From contig CP075496.1 in NCBI GenBank assembly GCA_021613535.1, positions 8,060,001-8,124,000 on the forward strand: DNA of 64,000 nt, read 5' to 3'. Made by a program: the position numbers and the translations under genes. The stretch's first letter is position 1; each line of letters begins with the position of its first letter. The notes below the pieces were generated by a model, which saw only the letters and a program-made list of their open reading frames with translations, did no database searches and was not told the DNA's origin. Positions 25,715 through 39,982 of this stretch are shown here, one piece after another. Origin of the DNA: Adineta vaga. Lineage: Eukaryota > Animalia > Rotifera.

Positions 25715-28526
25715 ATGAAATATATCCAAGGTAAAATTAAAATCTTTCCATTGATCATTTTCATTTAATTTCCAATAAAGGTTCATCTTTCGTATGGTTT
25801 CTTATCACAACAATTTCAGCTGTAACTATTTCACCACATGGTGGTTATTTGTCAGTTGATGAAGGAGCTGATTTATATATCGAATGTATTGGTACTAATC
25901 CACAATGGATTATCGCGCAACGGCTAACATCTGATACAGCTCAGTAAAATTGATTTTATTAAATGTAGAAAAAAAATTAATTCTTTTCTATTCTTTATAG
26001 TATTTCTACAGAATTAATCGAATATAATCGAAAATCAATTTTAACGATTCATGGAATGGATGGAACTCTTGCAGGTCCATATCTTTGTCAGACAAATGAA
26101 AGTGTTTCAACAATTATTCTTCAATTAATAAGTGAGAAAAAAGTTCAATAGATGAATAGTATTCGAAAAGAAGACTTTCGATTTTAGAACGTAAATCTGA
26201 TATGACAAAACAGATTCGTTTTATGAGTACAACTACTAATCAAACTGTTGTACATGGAGATCATGTTCGATTGAATTGTTTTGCTCAATATTATAGCGAA
26301 AAAGTATATGAAAACTAGGAAATATCAGATCATTTCATTGATTTCTGTATTCGAAGGCAATGGATTCACCTTATCTTCCGAAACTTCTCTGGTTTTTCGA
26401 ACGACGACAAATACATAATAATAGTAAATTATTAAATTTGAACTTTTATGTTTTTTAATAATTCATATTGTTTATTTGTAAACTAGGTGAAAAATATGTT
26501 TTGGGTACTGATAGTTTAGTTATTCGAGATTTTAATTATTATGATCAAGGTGTTTATTATTGTCGAGCTTTTATAACATTACGAAACAGTTTTCTCAGTA
26601 AACTCTATCCAATCTATGTTCAATTACAAAGTAATAAAGAATTGATTGGATGAATTATTTCATTTTCAAACATTGAATTTTCATTTCATTCAAGATGCAT
26701 CATCATTTATCAACGATACATTTCTATCAAAGATTGAAAATAAAAAATGCATTGATTTTCACGAACATCTCATTACGAATAATACAATAACCTATTGTAA
26801 TACGGATGGTTATGTATCAAATCAAACATGTCCAATCAATCAAATTTGGTATGAAGATTATTTACAATGTATTCCATCAACGAGTATGTCATTTTTTTGT
26901 TTAATTATGTTATATAGGAAAAGTGTTTGACTAAAGAATAGAAGTGAATTGAATTGAAGTTCGGAAATATTGATATGTCTGAAGGAATCATATCAAATTA
27001 CTTGAAGTATATCATTGAGATGCGTCAATTTGACAGCACTCAGAATATTCTTTTCAATAAAAGAAAAATTAATGATGTAGAAAAATTCACTAAGAGTTCT
27101 TTTTTTTCTTCCCTTGATACAATTATTAGAATACACTTTAGTAAACTCAGTTGAATATGTTATTAATTCATCTCAACACATATTGATAAGATATAAAGAT
27201 TTCAGACGAATTGAGGAATAATAATATTCTATTTACAGTTTTAAATATATATATATATATATGATAAATAGCATGGTTCCTTGTTCTAATAAGTATTTTT
27301 TTGAAATAGGAAAGAAAACGGAACTAGATCTTTTCCTGTAACAATATCTTTTAACTATTTTTTTTCATCTATTGAAACTTGTTATTAACAAAATAAATGA
27401 TAATCTTGAAAAGAAGAATCTTTCTATTCTATATAGATCATAATCAAATTTTACAAATTTTCCCTAATCTTTCTCATATAAATGTGGAATTGGGTCGTAT
27501 ATATACATTTCTTTGTCAATCAAACGATCAACATGTGGAACCAGAGTGGACTTATGAAAATGGCACGATTATTGGAGCGAGTACATCAACCGATCAACAG
27601 TAAAATTACATGCACAAGTTTGAAATCTAAATGTATTTTGTTATTTTAATAGAATAACAACATATACATTAAGTGATCCTCATGCACTCTATCTCCGGTT
27701 AGCACCGGTTACGATCGGCACGTATATTTGTCGTTCACATTCTCCAGCAAGCCCAATGAATCAAACGGAAGTAACAGTAACAACGACATCGATTACTTTG
27801 ACAGCACAAAGTCAGTTCGAATTAAACGGCAAAAAAGTCTTTTTTCCTAATGAAAAATGTTCTATGCTTTCTTGTTCTTTGTTTTTTTTTATTAGTAATT
27901 GCGGAAACTAATGGAATATCATTTCAATCATCAACATTACCAGAATATCATGTTCGAACAAATTCAACATTATTCATTGCTTGTCGACCAGAATATTTCG
28001 ATTTTCAATTAAAAAGAAATTCAACATCTGTAACAATTGCTCATCTCATTCGTCTCAATGGTAATCGATGGGAAAAAAAATGAATTTTTGTTTTCATCAT
28101 TTCTCTGTTTAGATAATCATCATTTTCAACTTTCCGAAACGATGGATGGTCTACTTATTGATCGTATAGGAAAGAACGAAAGTGGAATGTATTTATGTCA
28201 CGGTAAAATTCCATTACCGAATCAATTGATCAGCTCAATTTATCCTGTTATGGTTTTTATTTCTGATCCATTATGTAAGAATATCATTTTTTTATATATT
28301 TTTTTGCACTGGTTTTTCTGTATTCTAGAAAAGAAGAAAGAAACGAGAAGAAATAACACGTTCTTGTCGGCAAATAGAAATTACATGACTTGTCTCCCTC
28401 TCTTTCCCCTCTCTCTCACTCTTTTCTTTTGCTTTGTTTCATATTATTCTTGTCTGTTTTACTTCTCTCTCTTTTTTTTTCAAAAAAAATAAAAAATAAA
28501 AAAAAATCATTTTAGTCGATCTATAA
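25715..28526 (+). CDS. Secreted immunoglobulin-superfamily protein: signal peptide, Ig-Ig, chitin-binding-type-2-like Cys module, Ig-Ig
   Basis: Signal MKYIQG|SSFVWFLITTISA. Ig motifs YIEC...PQW...AGPYLC, VRLNC...LLWF...DQGVYYC, YTFLC...PEW...GTYIC, FIAC...ESGMYLC. Cys module KKC...TYC...QTCPINQIWYEDYLQC. No TM seen. Last exon uncertain. Confidence 0.75.
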
Positions 28527-29303
28527 AAACACATAATTACCAACAACAAAAGCAGTTTAATACAAAGGTGGTATATATATACATTATTATTTCTAATGAT
28601 TGACTACTCACTAGGGAGGAAAATAAGCGAGTTTGAGTATTGTTGATTTTTTCTTTCCAAATGATTGCTCAGTCATTTATATATTTACACATGTCAATAG
28701 AATACAATTTACATGCACGATACACGCAAATGTTTGTTTGAAAATGAAAGAATTATGGTAAAATAGATATTGTTCTTGCAGAATTTAAGTCTAAGTATCT
28801 TGAAATAAGCAGATTGTCTTTCATATCAAATCCGGTTAATTCAGATATTTATTCAAGCGAAAATCAAGAATAAAGACATTCATACAGACCTTTTATATAC
28901 AAAAGACACAGACTTTTCATGTCTTTGGTAAATATTCAGATAGAATTTGACTGAGTAATTGAGGAAGAAAAACTCTTATTTTCAATCGATTATTTTCTAA
29001 CTAAATGAGATATATGCATCAAAAAAGTTTCCTCTATTTTTTTTCTTTTTCTCTATCTTCCTCCTTTTTTCTTCTTCTCTCAACTCTCAAAGATTATGAT
29101 TACTTTTCTTTTGCTTCGGAAATAGTAGAGATGACAATAAAGCTGCTCTTACTAATTCCTTCTATATTCATTCATTCATACACTTGATTCTTTATATTCA
29201 TATTGTAAAATAACTTTAGATAAGATATAGATACATTCAACATCGTCTCTCCCTTGAGCGATAATCATCTATCACACAAGCAAATCAAGATACAACATGT
29301 TAC

Positions 29304-30577
29304 ATGGAAATTGTAAATCATATTCGACGAATTCTTCTGCCTGAAGAATTCTTATTTCTTTTCTCTTTTTGGTTTTTAGTACGTTGACGATAATAACGAT
29401 CGTTACACATCTCGATGGTCTGTTGGCGAATTTAGAGATCGACAAACAAATATATCGGTTTTTGCAAGAATCAATGAAGAATATGCGGATGCTGAACATT
29501 TTTTTGATTTTACAAGAAAAACTGCTTCCATTCTGTTTCGAACAAGTAATTTTTGTCTAAAACCAGAACTATATCTGACAGTCTGTCTACTTAGAAGGGG
29601 CATCATTATTCTTTGCAGCGTCTCTCGTCTTACCAATAATTATGATCAGTGTTGGTAAGATTTGCTTTTCTTTTATAAAACTATATTTTCTTTTTCAACT
29701 CTACTCGATGTGTAGGTATCTCAAATTTAGAAGAATGTCCATTAAATCGTAATATTCCGGTGTTCGTACTTGTCGGTGGTGCTATAGCTTTATTGAAATT
29801 ATTACAAGTGCTTTGGAAACAATACAATCGTCATAGTGCTCCAGCTGAAGAAGAAGGCAATGATACTCAAAATGGCTCGGTATGATTTGAATTCTTGGAA
29901 AAATCAGCTTATGTTTCTTTCTTTCTTTCTTTGTTTTGTATTATCTCTGTCGAGACTTGTAAGACTCATGAGATTAAGTTAATTACATCAAAGAGGAATA
30001 TATTCAAGTTTCATATGTAATAAATCACATGAACATTATTAGAATATGTTCTCTTCACACTTCTTCTAACACATTAATATAAAATCAAAATATTTTGCAT
30101 TTCTTGACCCAAAAGAAAAGAAATATTTCTATAAGTGTTATATTTAAGTGATATTTTTGTCTTTAAATAGAAATATAAGTTTTTATGTGAAGTATAATAA
30201 ATTTCAAGTATTCTTTCGATTAGACTTCGATAAATGTTGATTTTATAGAAGAGAACTATTTTCTTATCGATGTCTAATCAATTCAATATCTTCTATAGGC
30301 ATTTATGGATGTTCTTACGACACTTTTTCTTATTGCTTGGTTTATCTATGGTAATTATCTAATTTGGTATCATCGTCTACCACGTTTTGAACAAACAACA
30401 GAAGATCCGGAAAATTGGTGTTCAAAAAATGTTTATTCTTTAACAATAATTAGTGTCGCTTATACATATGCAACTGTTACATTAATGATATTAATTGTTG
30501 TTATTGTTGTCTTTACTATTCATTTTCAATATCGTCGTCGTGCCATCCAAGAAGCAAAAGAAGCCGGATGTACCTGA
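29304..30577 (+). CDS. TMEM272: TMEM272-like four-TM protein
   Basis: LVLPIIMISVG|ISNLEECPLNRNIPVFVLVGG and LFLIAWFIYGNYLIW...NWCSKNVY match the TMEM272 family pattern. Start codon approximate. Confidence 0.8.
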
Positions 30578-30673
30578 TGAACTTATATATTTCTTAGTTT
30601 TCTTTTTCTTTCGTTTAATAAATAGAATTATATCACTGTAAAAACTCACACAAAACATGTACAAATATGAATG

Positions 30674-33600
30674 TTATCTTTCAAATCGTCGCAATCGGAA
30701 GACTAAGATGATGAAAATCAAAAGTTTGAGTAATTGAGTAGATGTTTGTAGACAATGGGAAGACGAACTGATATAAATACCACGTTCAATATACACATAT
30801 GTTGTGGTAGGAACTAATGTTGTTGTTGTTGTTGTTGCTGTTGTTGTTGTACGAAAATGTTTTCGAGTATGATTTAATCTTGATGAAGAATTTTTTGTAT
30901 ATCGATGAAATTTTTTCGTTGTAGATGTATAGGTCGTTGTAGACGAAACAATTGTTTCTTCTAGTTATAATGAAGATATGTTTTATGAAATAGAAAAATG
31001 AAAATTTTGAAAAGAAGATGACATACTCAAGAGAAAGACCATGGCTTCTTTTCGTCCATGTATATTTTCAGCAATACAATTATATTGTCCAAAATCATCT
31101 TCATTCGTTAACTAGATAAAAGTTTATTTAGATATGATGATGATAAATAAAAATAAATCATGTCTACTTGAAGATTCAATCGATTTAAAATCATTGTTTG
31201 ATTGATGTGAATATTATTCATTCGATTTTCTGTAATTAAACTTCCTTTCTTCTCCCATGTTATACGAGCTAGTGGTCGACTTGAAACTGAGCATTCGAGT
31301 GTTATATTTTGATATAATTGACTTTGTATTAAATCATTGTTAATCATAACAATAGGTGAAACTAAATATATATATATACATAATCGTTCGTTTTTTTTGA
31401 TTGTAGATAGAAACTTGAACTTACATTCAACATTAATTGTAAAGACACGATTTGATGCTGGTAAAACACCATTATCAGCAATACATTCAACTGTACGTGG
31501 AAATTGATTACTAACGGATGAAATAAACCATATATTGCTATTGTCGGGCGGTACTAAGACAAACAAACATGTGAAGTTTATATGTATATATTAAAACAAA
31601 GGTGTGAACACGATTCTATTGTTCTTTTGCATAACACAATCATTCTCTATGTTTTACTCACTACGCAGCTTCAAAAGTGCGTGTGAAGAAAAAAACAAGA
31701 TGATTGAATATAGACTGTCATTAATATGTCTACTTACTTAGATCAATTCGATTCGTATCAATATCACGAATACGCCAACGTATACGTGGTAATGGTGTGC
31801 CTTCAGCACGACATAATAATGTTAATGATGTACCACTTTGGATAGAAATAATTGAAGGATTTGGACGAAAATCGATAATTCGTGGTGGAACTAAAAATTC
31901 AGTGTGTGAATAAAATTGAGAAAGAGATGATTTTTTATTTTACCTTGAACGGTGAGAAATATTCGTTTCGTTTTTCTTGGTTCAGTATTAATTTGACATT
32001 GATATTCACCTTGATCATCTTCATTCACACGATCAATAATTAAATTATAAGACCCTACATAATCAGATTCAAGTCGATAATGATCTTTATTCGAATAGAC
32101 AACACCATCAAAAGCAATCAATGTTAGTTGTTCATTATTTGTTTGATTTCCACCTAGATTTGTTCGATCGATTTTTTGCCAAAGAACCTAAATAGACAAT
32201 TTAATAATATAATTCATAATTAGCATGTCCAAGGCGGAGAAAACAATCATCGATACATTTATTGATTGACTACCATCAATTTCATTATATTAGTTTAAGT
32301 ATACAGTATGAAGAGAGTTCAAAGACAATTCACAAGTAATTATCGAACTTGTCGAAAGTTTCATTACAATTGGTGTATACTTAAATTTCAGCCAAACATG
32401 TGTGTATATGAGTGTCTATATATCTAACCTTGTAATCGAACTCTAATGTCTTTTTCACACACACACACACACACACACGTTCATTCATTCTATTCACAAG
32501 AGACAGACATACAATCATCATCTTCCGGTTCGTCGCCATCCTACATATGGAAATTTTCAACTTGATCATGTCTTTTCACAATGCAATATGTTGCGCGTCT
32601 GTGCGCCAATGCAAATAATCGTTCCAAATATCAAATTATCCATATCGAACAATAAAATCAAACAAATCGTCTTTTCCTTTCTCTCTTATATGTAAATAAT
32701 TGCTTTCTTCCACCGACTGATCATGTCTCATAGAGATATTGACAGGTTGTGTTTGTTTTCGAAACATGATTTTCTTCTCATGTCACCCTCATGAAATCAA
32801 AGTCGATAATATATATTAAACCGATGTTTATTTTTCCTATCATGAGAAAGTAATATCAAAATTCAGTTGATGAACTTACCTTGAATGAACGAATTTCTGA
32901 AACATAACATGTTAAGACACATTTTCCACTAACTGATACAGTATAATTTTCCGATGTTGTATCGAAAGCCACACTTGAACCAGCTAAATGCATGAGAATA
33001 TACAATAACAACAGCATAGCATTTGATCAATCTTGTTTCTATGATTTTTCTGTCTCTCACACAAGGTGTCAAGTAAAATGGACAAACGTTTTCTTCGTTC
33101 AGTACACACGCATAGTTTTATTCTCTTTTCTCTTCTTCTCTCTTGCTTTCACATTTTTTTCTCTCTCTCTCCCTCTCTTCCCTCTCCTCTTTCTTTCTTT
33201 CTCTTTTTCTACTCGATTATTCCAAAACATTGAACGCTTGTATGCATCTCAAATAAAAAAAAAAGAAATGCGTTCATGTCCAAACGAACGCCTGCTGCTA
33301 ATTATCTTTGTTATTCCATGTTCACTGATCCTATTGAAATCAGCCTCAAGCTGAATTAGAGAGAAAATGAAAATGAATTGACCGACTAGTACGACGGATG
33401 CTTGTCGGATAATTGAAAGATGAGTGATGTTTGAAAAAAAATATATCAATCGGGTGTGGCAGTTTTGAACATGGTAAGCATGAATGACCAAGGTCATTGG
33501 ATATTAGAAACGCTTGAACAATAATGATTATTCTTATTTATATCAAAAGCAGGTAGTGAATTGAACCGACATTAGTTAAAAAGGAAATCAACTTGGTATG

Positions 33601-34661
33601 GGGGATTTTCCAGACGAATGATGTGTTATTAGCAAGAAACATCTGTTTATAAATTTGATAAGATTTAAGAAGAAGAAGAAGAAGAAAAAGTTTGTGAACT
33701 GTTGCATAATTGCTGTTCAATTCAATCGTTCATTTCAAACGATAGAATGGGACATTATTATCTGTTTGACAGTTGTTACGAACAAAAGGACGAGTCTATA
33801 CTCAAGAGACGTTTCTAACTAATCGTATTTTCAATCGATATTATCAGATAAATATGGTACGATGAATCGAACGTTCTCAATACGAGAGAGAAAAAAAAGC
33901 GAGAAGAGAAAATTTGAACAAAGATTTCTTGTCATAGTTTCTTCATGAGCTGTTCAAAAGAAGCCCTAAAGGCAAAAAATGGATTAAAGAATTCATTTGT
34001 AAAGTAGTTATACAGAGAAGAAAGCTGCATTACTGAGTTAATCTTTTATCTTCCTGCCGGCATCTCTATTTGACATTCGAAAAATTGATTGCTTTTCTTT
34101 TCTTACATGAATCATTGTCAAATTTCAGATAATTTTCACAATTTTATAGGCAACTCACTCACCTAGATAGAATCTCTCACATACATTCTCTCCAGAATAA
34201 TCATCTACACCTGAATTATACGTTTTTCTAGGAAAGTAAAATTTTACTGTATATAACGTTGAACATATGTCAAATTTCTCATAATACATATTTATATCTA
34301 TCGCGATCGAAAAGTCATTTGATTAGAAAGTTAATTGAGCAGCTTTTCGTGCTCTAGTCAAAGAAGCAAGTAGCTTTCTCATTAAGATGTTAGCTTTTCA
34401 ATAGAAAATTGAATTGATCGTTAACTATTTCATTTCTTTGTTACTTGTCATAAAAATAAGTGAACTAGGTGATGAGATGTTCATCGCATTTATGAAAGAA
34501 AGATGAAATTGATTGATATATTCAAAGGAAAAATGAGCTTTTTAATTCGAAAACAAAAACTTACAAAGATCTTCTTCATTATTCGTAATCCAAAGTTTTT
34601 CAGGTCGATGAGCATTAATACAGCTTGTTACACTGAATAAGATCAATAGTAACCAGTACAT
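30674..34661 (-). CDS. Lachesin/IgLON/DIP-like three-Ig cell-surface protein with Thr-rich stalk and hydrophobic (GPI-like) tail
   Basis: Signal exon 34565-34661 MYWLLLILFSVTSCINA. CVLTCYV...|VLWQK, YNLIIDRVNEDDQGEYQCQINTEP, LLCRAEGTPLPRIRW, ECIADNGVLPA, ITLECSVSSRPLARITW. Thr run and LLKLLIFIILVF tail. Confidence 0.85.
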
Positions 34662-35345
34662 ATTCTGTTAAATAAATGACAATCATAAAACAAGATGCAA
34701 AGAGAAGAAGAAAAAAAAAGAACAATATGATAAATGATGAACGGATGGGCTATTCAATTACAGTCTACAAGAGAATAGAGATATGTATAGTTAATCGGCA
34801 TTGTCAATAGTCATTGTCGAACTCAAGCAGGTAGTACTTAATAGATAATAAAATTACTCAGAAGATGAGTATACTTTCGCGAACTTCATTGCTATCGTAT
34901 GTGTAAGAATTTGTTCGCAAGAGAAGAACATCAATCGAATGTTAATAGTGAAACATTTCCGTCTTGATTCTAATTAAACCGTATGGTTTCCATATTAGCC
35001 AAGACTATAAAACAATACTAAATGCCAGAGATGATTATTGAATGATGTCATTTCTTCGTCTCGTATACAATGCTTCTACACATGATTAATTGTTCTCATT
35101 GTTATTTTACACTTGAACACCATGTGTACACACATCGATGATTAGGTCGAGTGATAGTAGAAGACGACATACGTAAGAAAACGAGAATCTTAACATCTGT
35201 TTATCAATACAGAGAAAAAAAAAGTTGATAGGCTAAATATTTGTTTATATACTTGTCCTTGTCTAAATAGTTCAGAACGATGTTCAAAATCACTTTTCCT
35301 TCACTTTCCCATTCTTGTAAGTAGATAATTAATATGAAATCTATC

Positions 35346-36015
35346 TGATAACCAATAATGATATGTTTTGAAGTTTATCTTTTCAAATATGTTTTAATTT
35401 AATGAAAAAAAAAGAAAACAAATTCATCTGATAAGTTATAAACTTCAAAATGTTCGATGGTAAAAACTATACTTTTCAAATCTTCTGTCAAGCAAAAGAT
35501 AAATAATGTATTTTTTAACTTTATGTTGTTTACAACTTAGAAATTACATTCACTAATCTCATTCAATGAAAATTCAGCTTGTAATCTAATTTCATCAGCG
35601 AAATCCTGATGAACTTTGTTACTTTCATATATATTCGATGAGAGAGTCAAAGCATTCAGACGTTGTACTGCTTGAAAAAAAAATCATATTTATATAGCAC
35701 ATATCTCTATAGAAGTTCGACATAAACATTTTGACTACCAAATAAATGAAATACATCACATAACAAACTATCTTGAGAGGTTAGTTGTTTTGTAGTAACC
35801 ATATAACAATTCGATGAAAAAGTTAATATAGTAAGCATTAATTTTACAAGTGTCAAATCATAATCAAGTAATGTACTAATATATTTCGTACGCTGAACAT
35901 TATCAAAACCATATAGAGGTATTAGAGCATTTTCGCTATATCGATTATAAAATATACCAGCTTCACGAAATCAGCAATACATTCGATAAATGATTGTAAC
36001 GATGTATAAACTATA
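35346..36015 (-). pseudogene. Truncated, deleted duplicate of the 3' half (LBD plus 3' flank) of the nuclear receptor at 40267-41596
   Basis: Direct repeat of 40083-40888 with about 58, 24 and 85 bp deletions and an A-run frameshift. Confidence 0.92.
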
Positions 36016-37919
36016 CCAAGGGGGTAAGTGCAGACATACAGCGCCCAAAAATAGCGGTAGGTGCTGGATGGGTGCTGAGATATTGATTGATTTTCGAGAG
36101 AAGGATGTAGATTATAGTCGTGATATATAACCGAATGATAGCATCCTCTATCATATTCATCGTTATACTCTAGTTCTGCATGAATAGAAAACGTTCAAAT
36201 CACGGAAAAAAAATACCCATGTTTTCAAAACCTTTAACTCTGTCTATCTAACGTATAACTGATTACCATTCCGACTGTCAGATGAAAAATGAGTTTCCAT
36301 CTATTCGGCGAATGGTGAACTATTCAAATTAAGTTTGACTGTTCATTTAACTAAGTGGAATAGGTTTTCCCTGAGATATTTCAATGCTGTATTGAGGAGA
36401 GACTGATTAGATGAAATTTGAACAGAATAAAATAAGTTTTAAATACATGTTTCAATCACTTGAGAGCATAAATTTCAAGACTGTGCAATACATCAAGCAT
36501 TATCAGACATTTTGAAAAAATAAATCTTTGTTCATGTGTTCCAAGATTACGATAAAATAAATCAAATGAAATCTTTAGGAGAACAAATTTACATTTAGTT
36601 TCATAGGAATATATTATTACGATATTAGATATTTTCTTATGGAAAAAATATTTATTTATATTAGCTAAAAATAATTATATAAACTTATGTGATTAGATTT
36701 ATTTAACATATGAATATTATGAAGAATTAATTGTAAAAATTTTCTTAAGATAAATCTTCAATAGGATATTATTTGTTTGTATTTCTATAGAATTATTTGT
36801 GTTAATATTAATCCATTGAATGTAATTAGTGGAAATTGTTTATATTATTGATATATTAAATGAATGGATTTTAATTGTAGATTATAGATTATCGAATGTT
36901 ATTATTCTAAAACTAATGTTTAATCAAATGAAAAATATACGGTTAAGAGAAATCTTTTAATTTTCTCTTCATTGAATTATATTTTGTTATTTTATTAAAA
37001 CATCGCAAGTATTAAATGATGAATTATGTGGTGTACGAGTAGATGTTCGAAGTATTGAAACATTAACAAGTACATTATAAAAATGAATGAAAGAACTGAC
37101 ATAAAAGATAAATTTGATTTTGTTTTATTTAGGTTTGAATAGATTTTTTCCATATGTTACTGAAAATTTGCATGTACTTTTTAACAATGATGTCGTACTC
37201 AAATCTAATTCAAATTGATATTATGATCAAAGTATAAGAATATTAATTAGAATAAAATCGATAATTTGTTTCTGTATCGTTTTTTCTCTCTTTATGTTAT
37301 AGAATTCTCATTTCGTTTTTTTTCTCTGTAGGATCGATGCTATTTTTTGAATATAAATAATGATACAAATAAAGAAATAAAAATAAATAAAGATCGATGA
37401 ACTTCAAATGAATTGGTTGTCTTTTTTTTTTGAATAAAAAGTTATTGGTTTTTCATTCAATCTATGAAAGGTAAAGAACATTGTTGAAGGAATTTGGAAA
37501 ACAATTTTTAGGATTATTTCTTGATCAATGAAGAATATCTTCAAAAATGTCATTGAAAATTTTATGTAAACGTTTATTTTATTCGAAATAAATTAGAATT
37601 TTATTTCGAACAACCTGTCTATCACAACACCCAAATATTCAATGAAAATCATTAATCTTGTTATATGCTTCATTGAATATGATCTAAACGTTTAGTACAC
37701 ATTCATTTAAATATTCAATATTATATTGATAATTTTTTTATGGATTTTTATAGTCTTTCAATATCTTCGTAAAGAAATTGTTCATTGCGTTATTCGTTGA
37801 ATGATCGTTTATTTTATCATGGTAAATCAGCAAATTAAAAATGAAGTAAATGCCTAGTTTTGTATGTTTTATTCTTTAAAATAACTAAATGTTAAAAATC
37901 TGACTTTTAAGATACAATC

Positions 37920-39600
37920 TCACTCATACACACAGCACATTCTCACGTATTACCATCCGATAAGGCCGAATAGCAACCACAACACAACGAAACATGAAAA
38001 CAAACACACAAACACAAACATAAATCGTTTAAAATCCTTCCAGTTACACACACAAGCTCAACGTAACAACTACTGTATTTTTATGTAATAAACGACTAGA
38101 AAGGACACGTTTTTCTCAAGACAATCGTAAAGCCCTGGTTATTTAAAAAAGGAAAAAATTGTAATGAGAGACCACTCAAACAACGCAGGTCAAACAATCC
38201 GGTCCGGAACCGTCCAGTTCCAGGACCTTCCGGAGATTTCATAGAAGCAGTGTTCCGGTAACCAAATCCTGTCATCGGATTTACCCGGTTTTACTGGAAG
38301 CCGACAAGAACCTGCCATACGATCTGCCGTAAATCACACAAATTGATTCTGCGAAAGCCAAAGCAGAAACTGAGTAACATACTGTCAACATGTCCAAAGG
38401 TTTATTCCATGAATCTTTATCCGGTACATAATACAAATGGATGGCAAAAATAATTACGTTTCCCATCGCGGCTAAGAAAACAAAACAAATTGAATTCCGA
38501 TCTAAAAACATAAAGTAATAGAAATATAGAGTAAAATTCATGTTAACAAAGTCCTTTTTTTAGAACTATTTAGGTAATTCCGCAATCGCTTCATCCATTC
38601 TTCACTTTCAGCAAGCAATTCTTGAACTAGCAAAAACAAAAGAACTACTCAAAACTAGTAAAAAAATGCATCAGTTTTTCGTTTTTTAGTTCGAATTTTT
38701 TTGTTTTGTTTTTTTCCTCGGCGTTTGTCTTGTGAGATTCTTTTTCAATCTTAAGTGTATGATTTCGAAAGCATCTATAGTTTTTTTATTAGGTGGGTGC
38801 TATGTTTTTCGTTGTTTAATCGATGGAACAAATAATGAATGCTTTGCGTTTGGTTAGCACGATTCATTAACGAATAGAATAGTGCAGTGTTTGGATTACC
38901 AAAAATTTATTTCGGTTTAGGTGTTATTGACAGTTTTTTCGGTTTGTATTACTATTACGGGATATGGTTAATGATTATATAATGCTCTGGGGTAGTGTGT
39001 CGAATTATTGGTGTGATAGAACGGTTGTGAATTAGTGATGGTCGGTTCTAGGGGTACTCATGCTTTCGAAATTGTACAATATGCTAAAGTTAAGTTCGTT
39101 TCTCGTGACTATGACTAAGGAAATATTTGACAGAGAATTGTTTCGCGATGTTAGTTGTTGATGTCTTACTTGTTCTTTTTGTTATCATCTGATGGAACGT
39201 TGTTCGTTGTTTTGTTTGAGTTGCTTTGTTTTTGTTGGCGTTCTAAAGAATTCTTTAATTAGATCAAACAAAAAATAATTGTAGTGTTTTTCATGTCTTT
39301 TGCTGAGGTATTCTGTGAAGGAGGAGACTTAGCTGAATGTGTTTGATTGGTGACAAAAGTCTGCTATTTAGTTTTATAAATTTTTTGGAAATTATTTTCT
39401 TACTTAATCGTTGATTTGTATCGGGTTACAAGTGTTAGAAAATGTTCGATGTGAAAAGAAAAATGTATGAGAGTAGACAATGCAACGGTGGGTCGTTGTT
39501 GAAGAATCACTTTTCTTGTGATGTTTAGTCAGACATGTACTGAATGTATCGACTATTTTCTCGTATTTTGCTGTTCTTTACATACATTCTTTTTATCTGT
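37920..39600. repeat. Degenerate transposon/repeat-like sequence with CCGG-rich motifs and strong G/T strand skew
   Basis: Composition shift, clustered CCGG motifs at about 38198-38290, G/T-rich + strand at about 38700-39400 with a stop-ridden minus-strand frame. Confidence 0.35.
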
Positions 39601-39982
39601 TCTATTAAGATACGTTTAAATGAAAGAAAACATAAGTTATAGAGACGTGATTGACTATAGTCATCGATCATGGTAATCTATTGAAGTGAATCATTCACAT
39701 ATTTTATTGAACTTTTATTAATAATTATTAATTTCTTGTTTCTCAAAATATTTTTACGAATATTGATAATAATCAATAATCAATAATTAGTTCATCATCG
39801 TACATCAAAGTATTCAGTTTAGGAAAATTGATTGTTTTATTCATCTGAAATGAGTAAGGAAAATTTTCTTATAATCAATTCAATAGAAGAGTTTGTCTTT
39901 CTTTAGAATACAAAAATTGAGCAAATAAAAGAACTAAAGGTTTAGTTTCGTTTTGATTATAATTTTTTTTCAGCTTTTCCTT

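Noticed and set aside
38281-38541. 86-aa ORF as a transposase or cargo gene
   Set aside because: No recognisable motif; it lies in degenerate repeat-like DNA.
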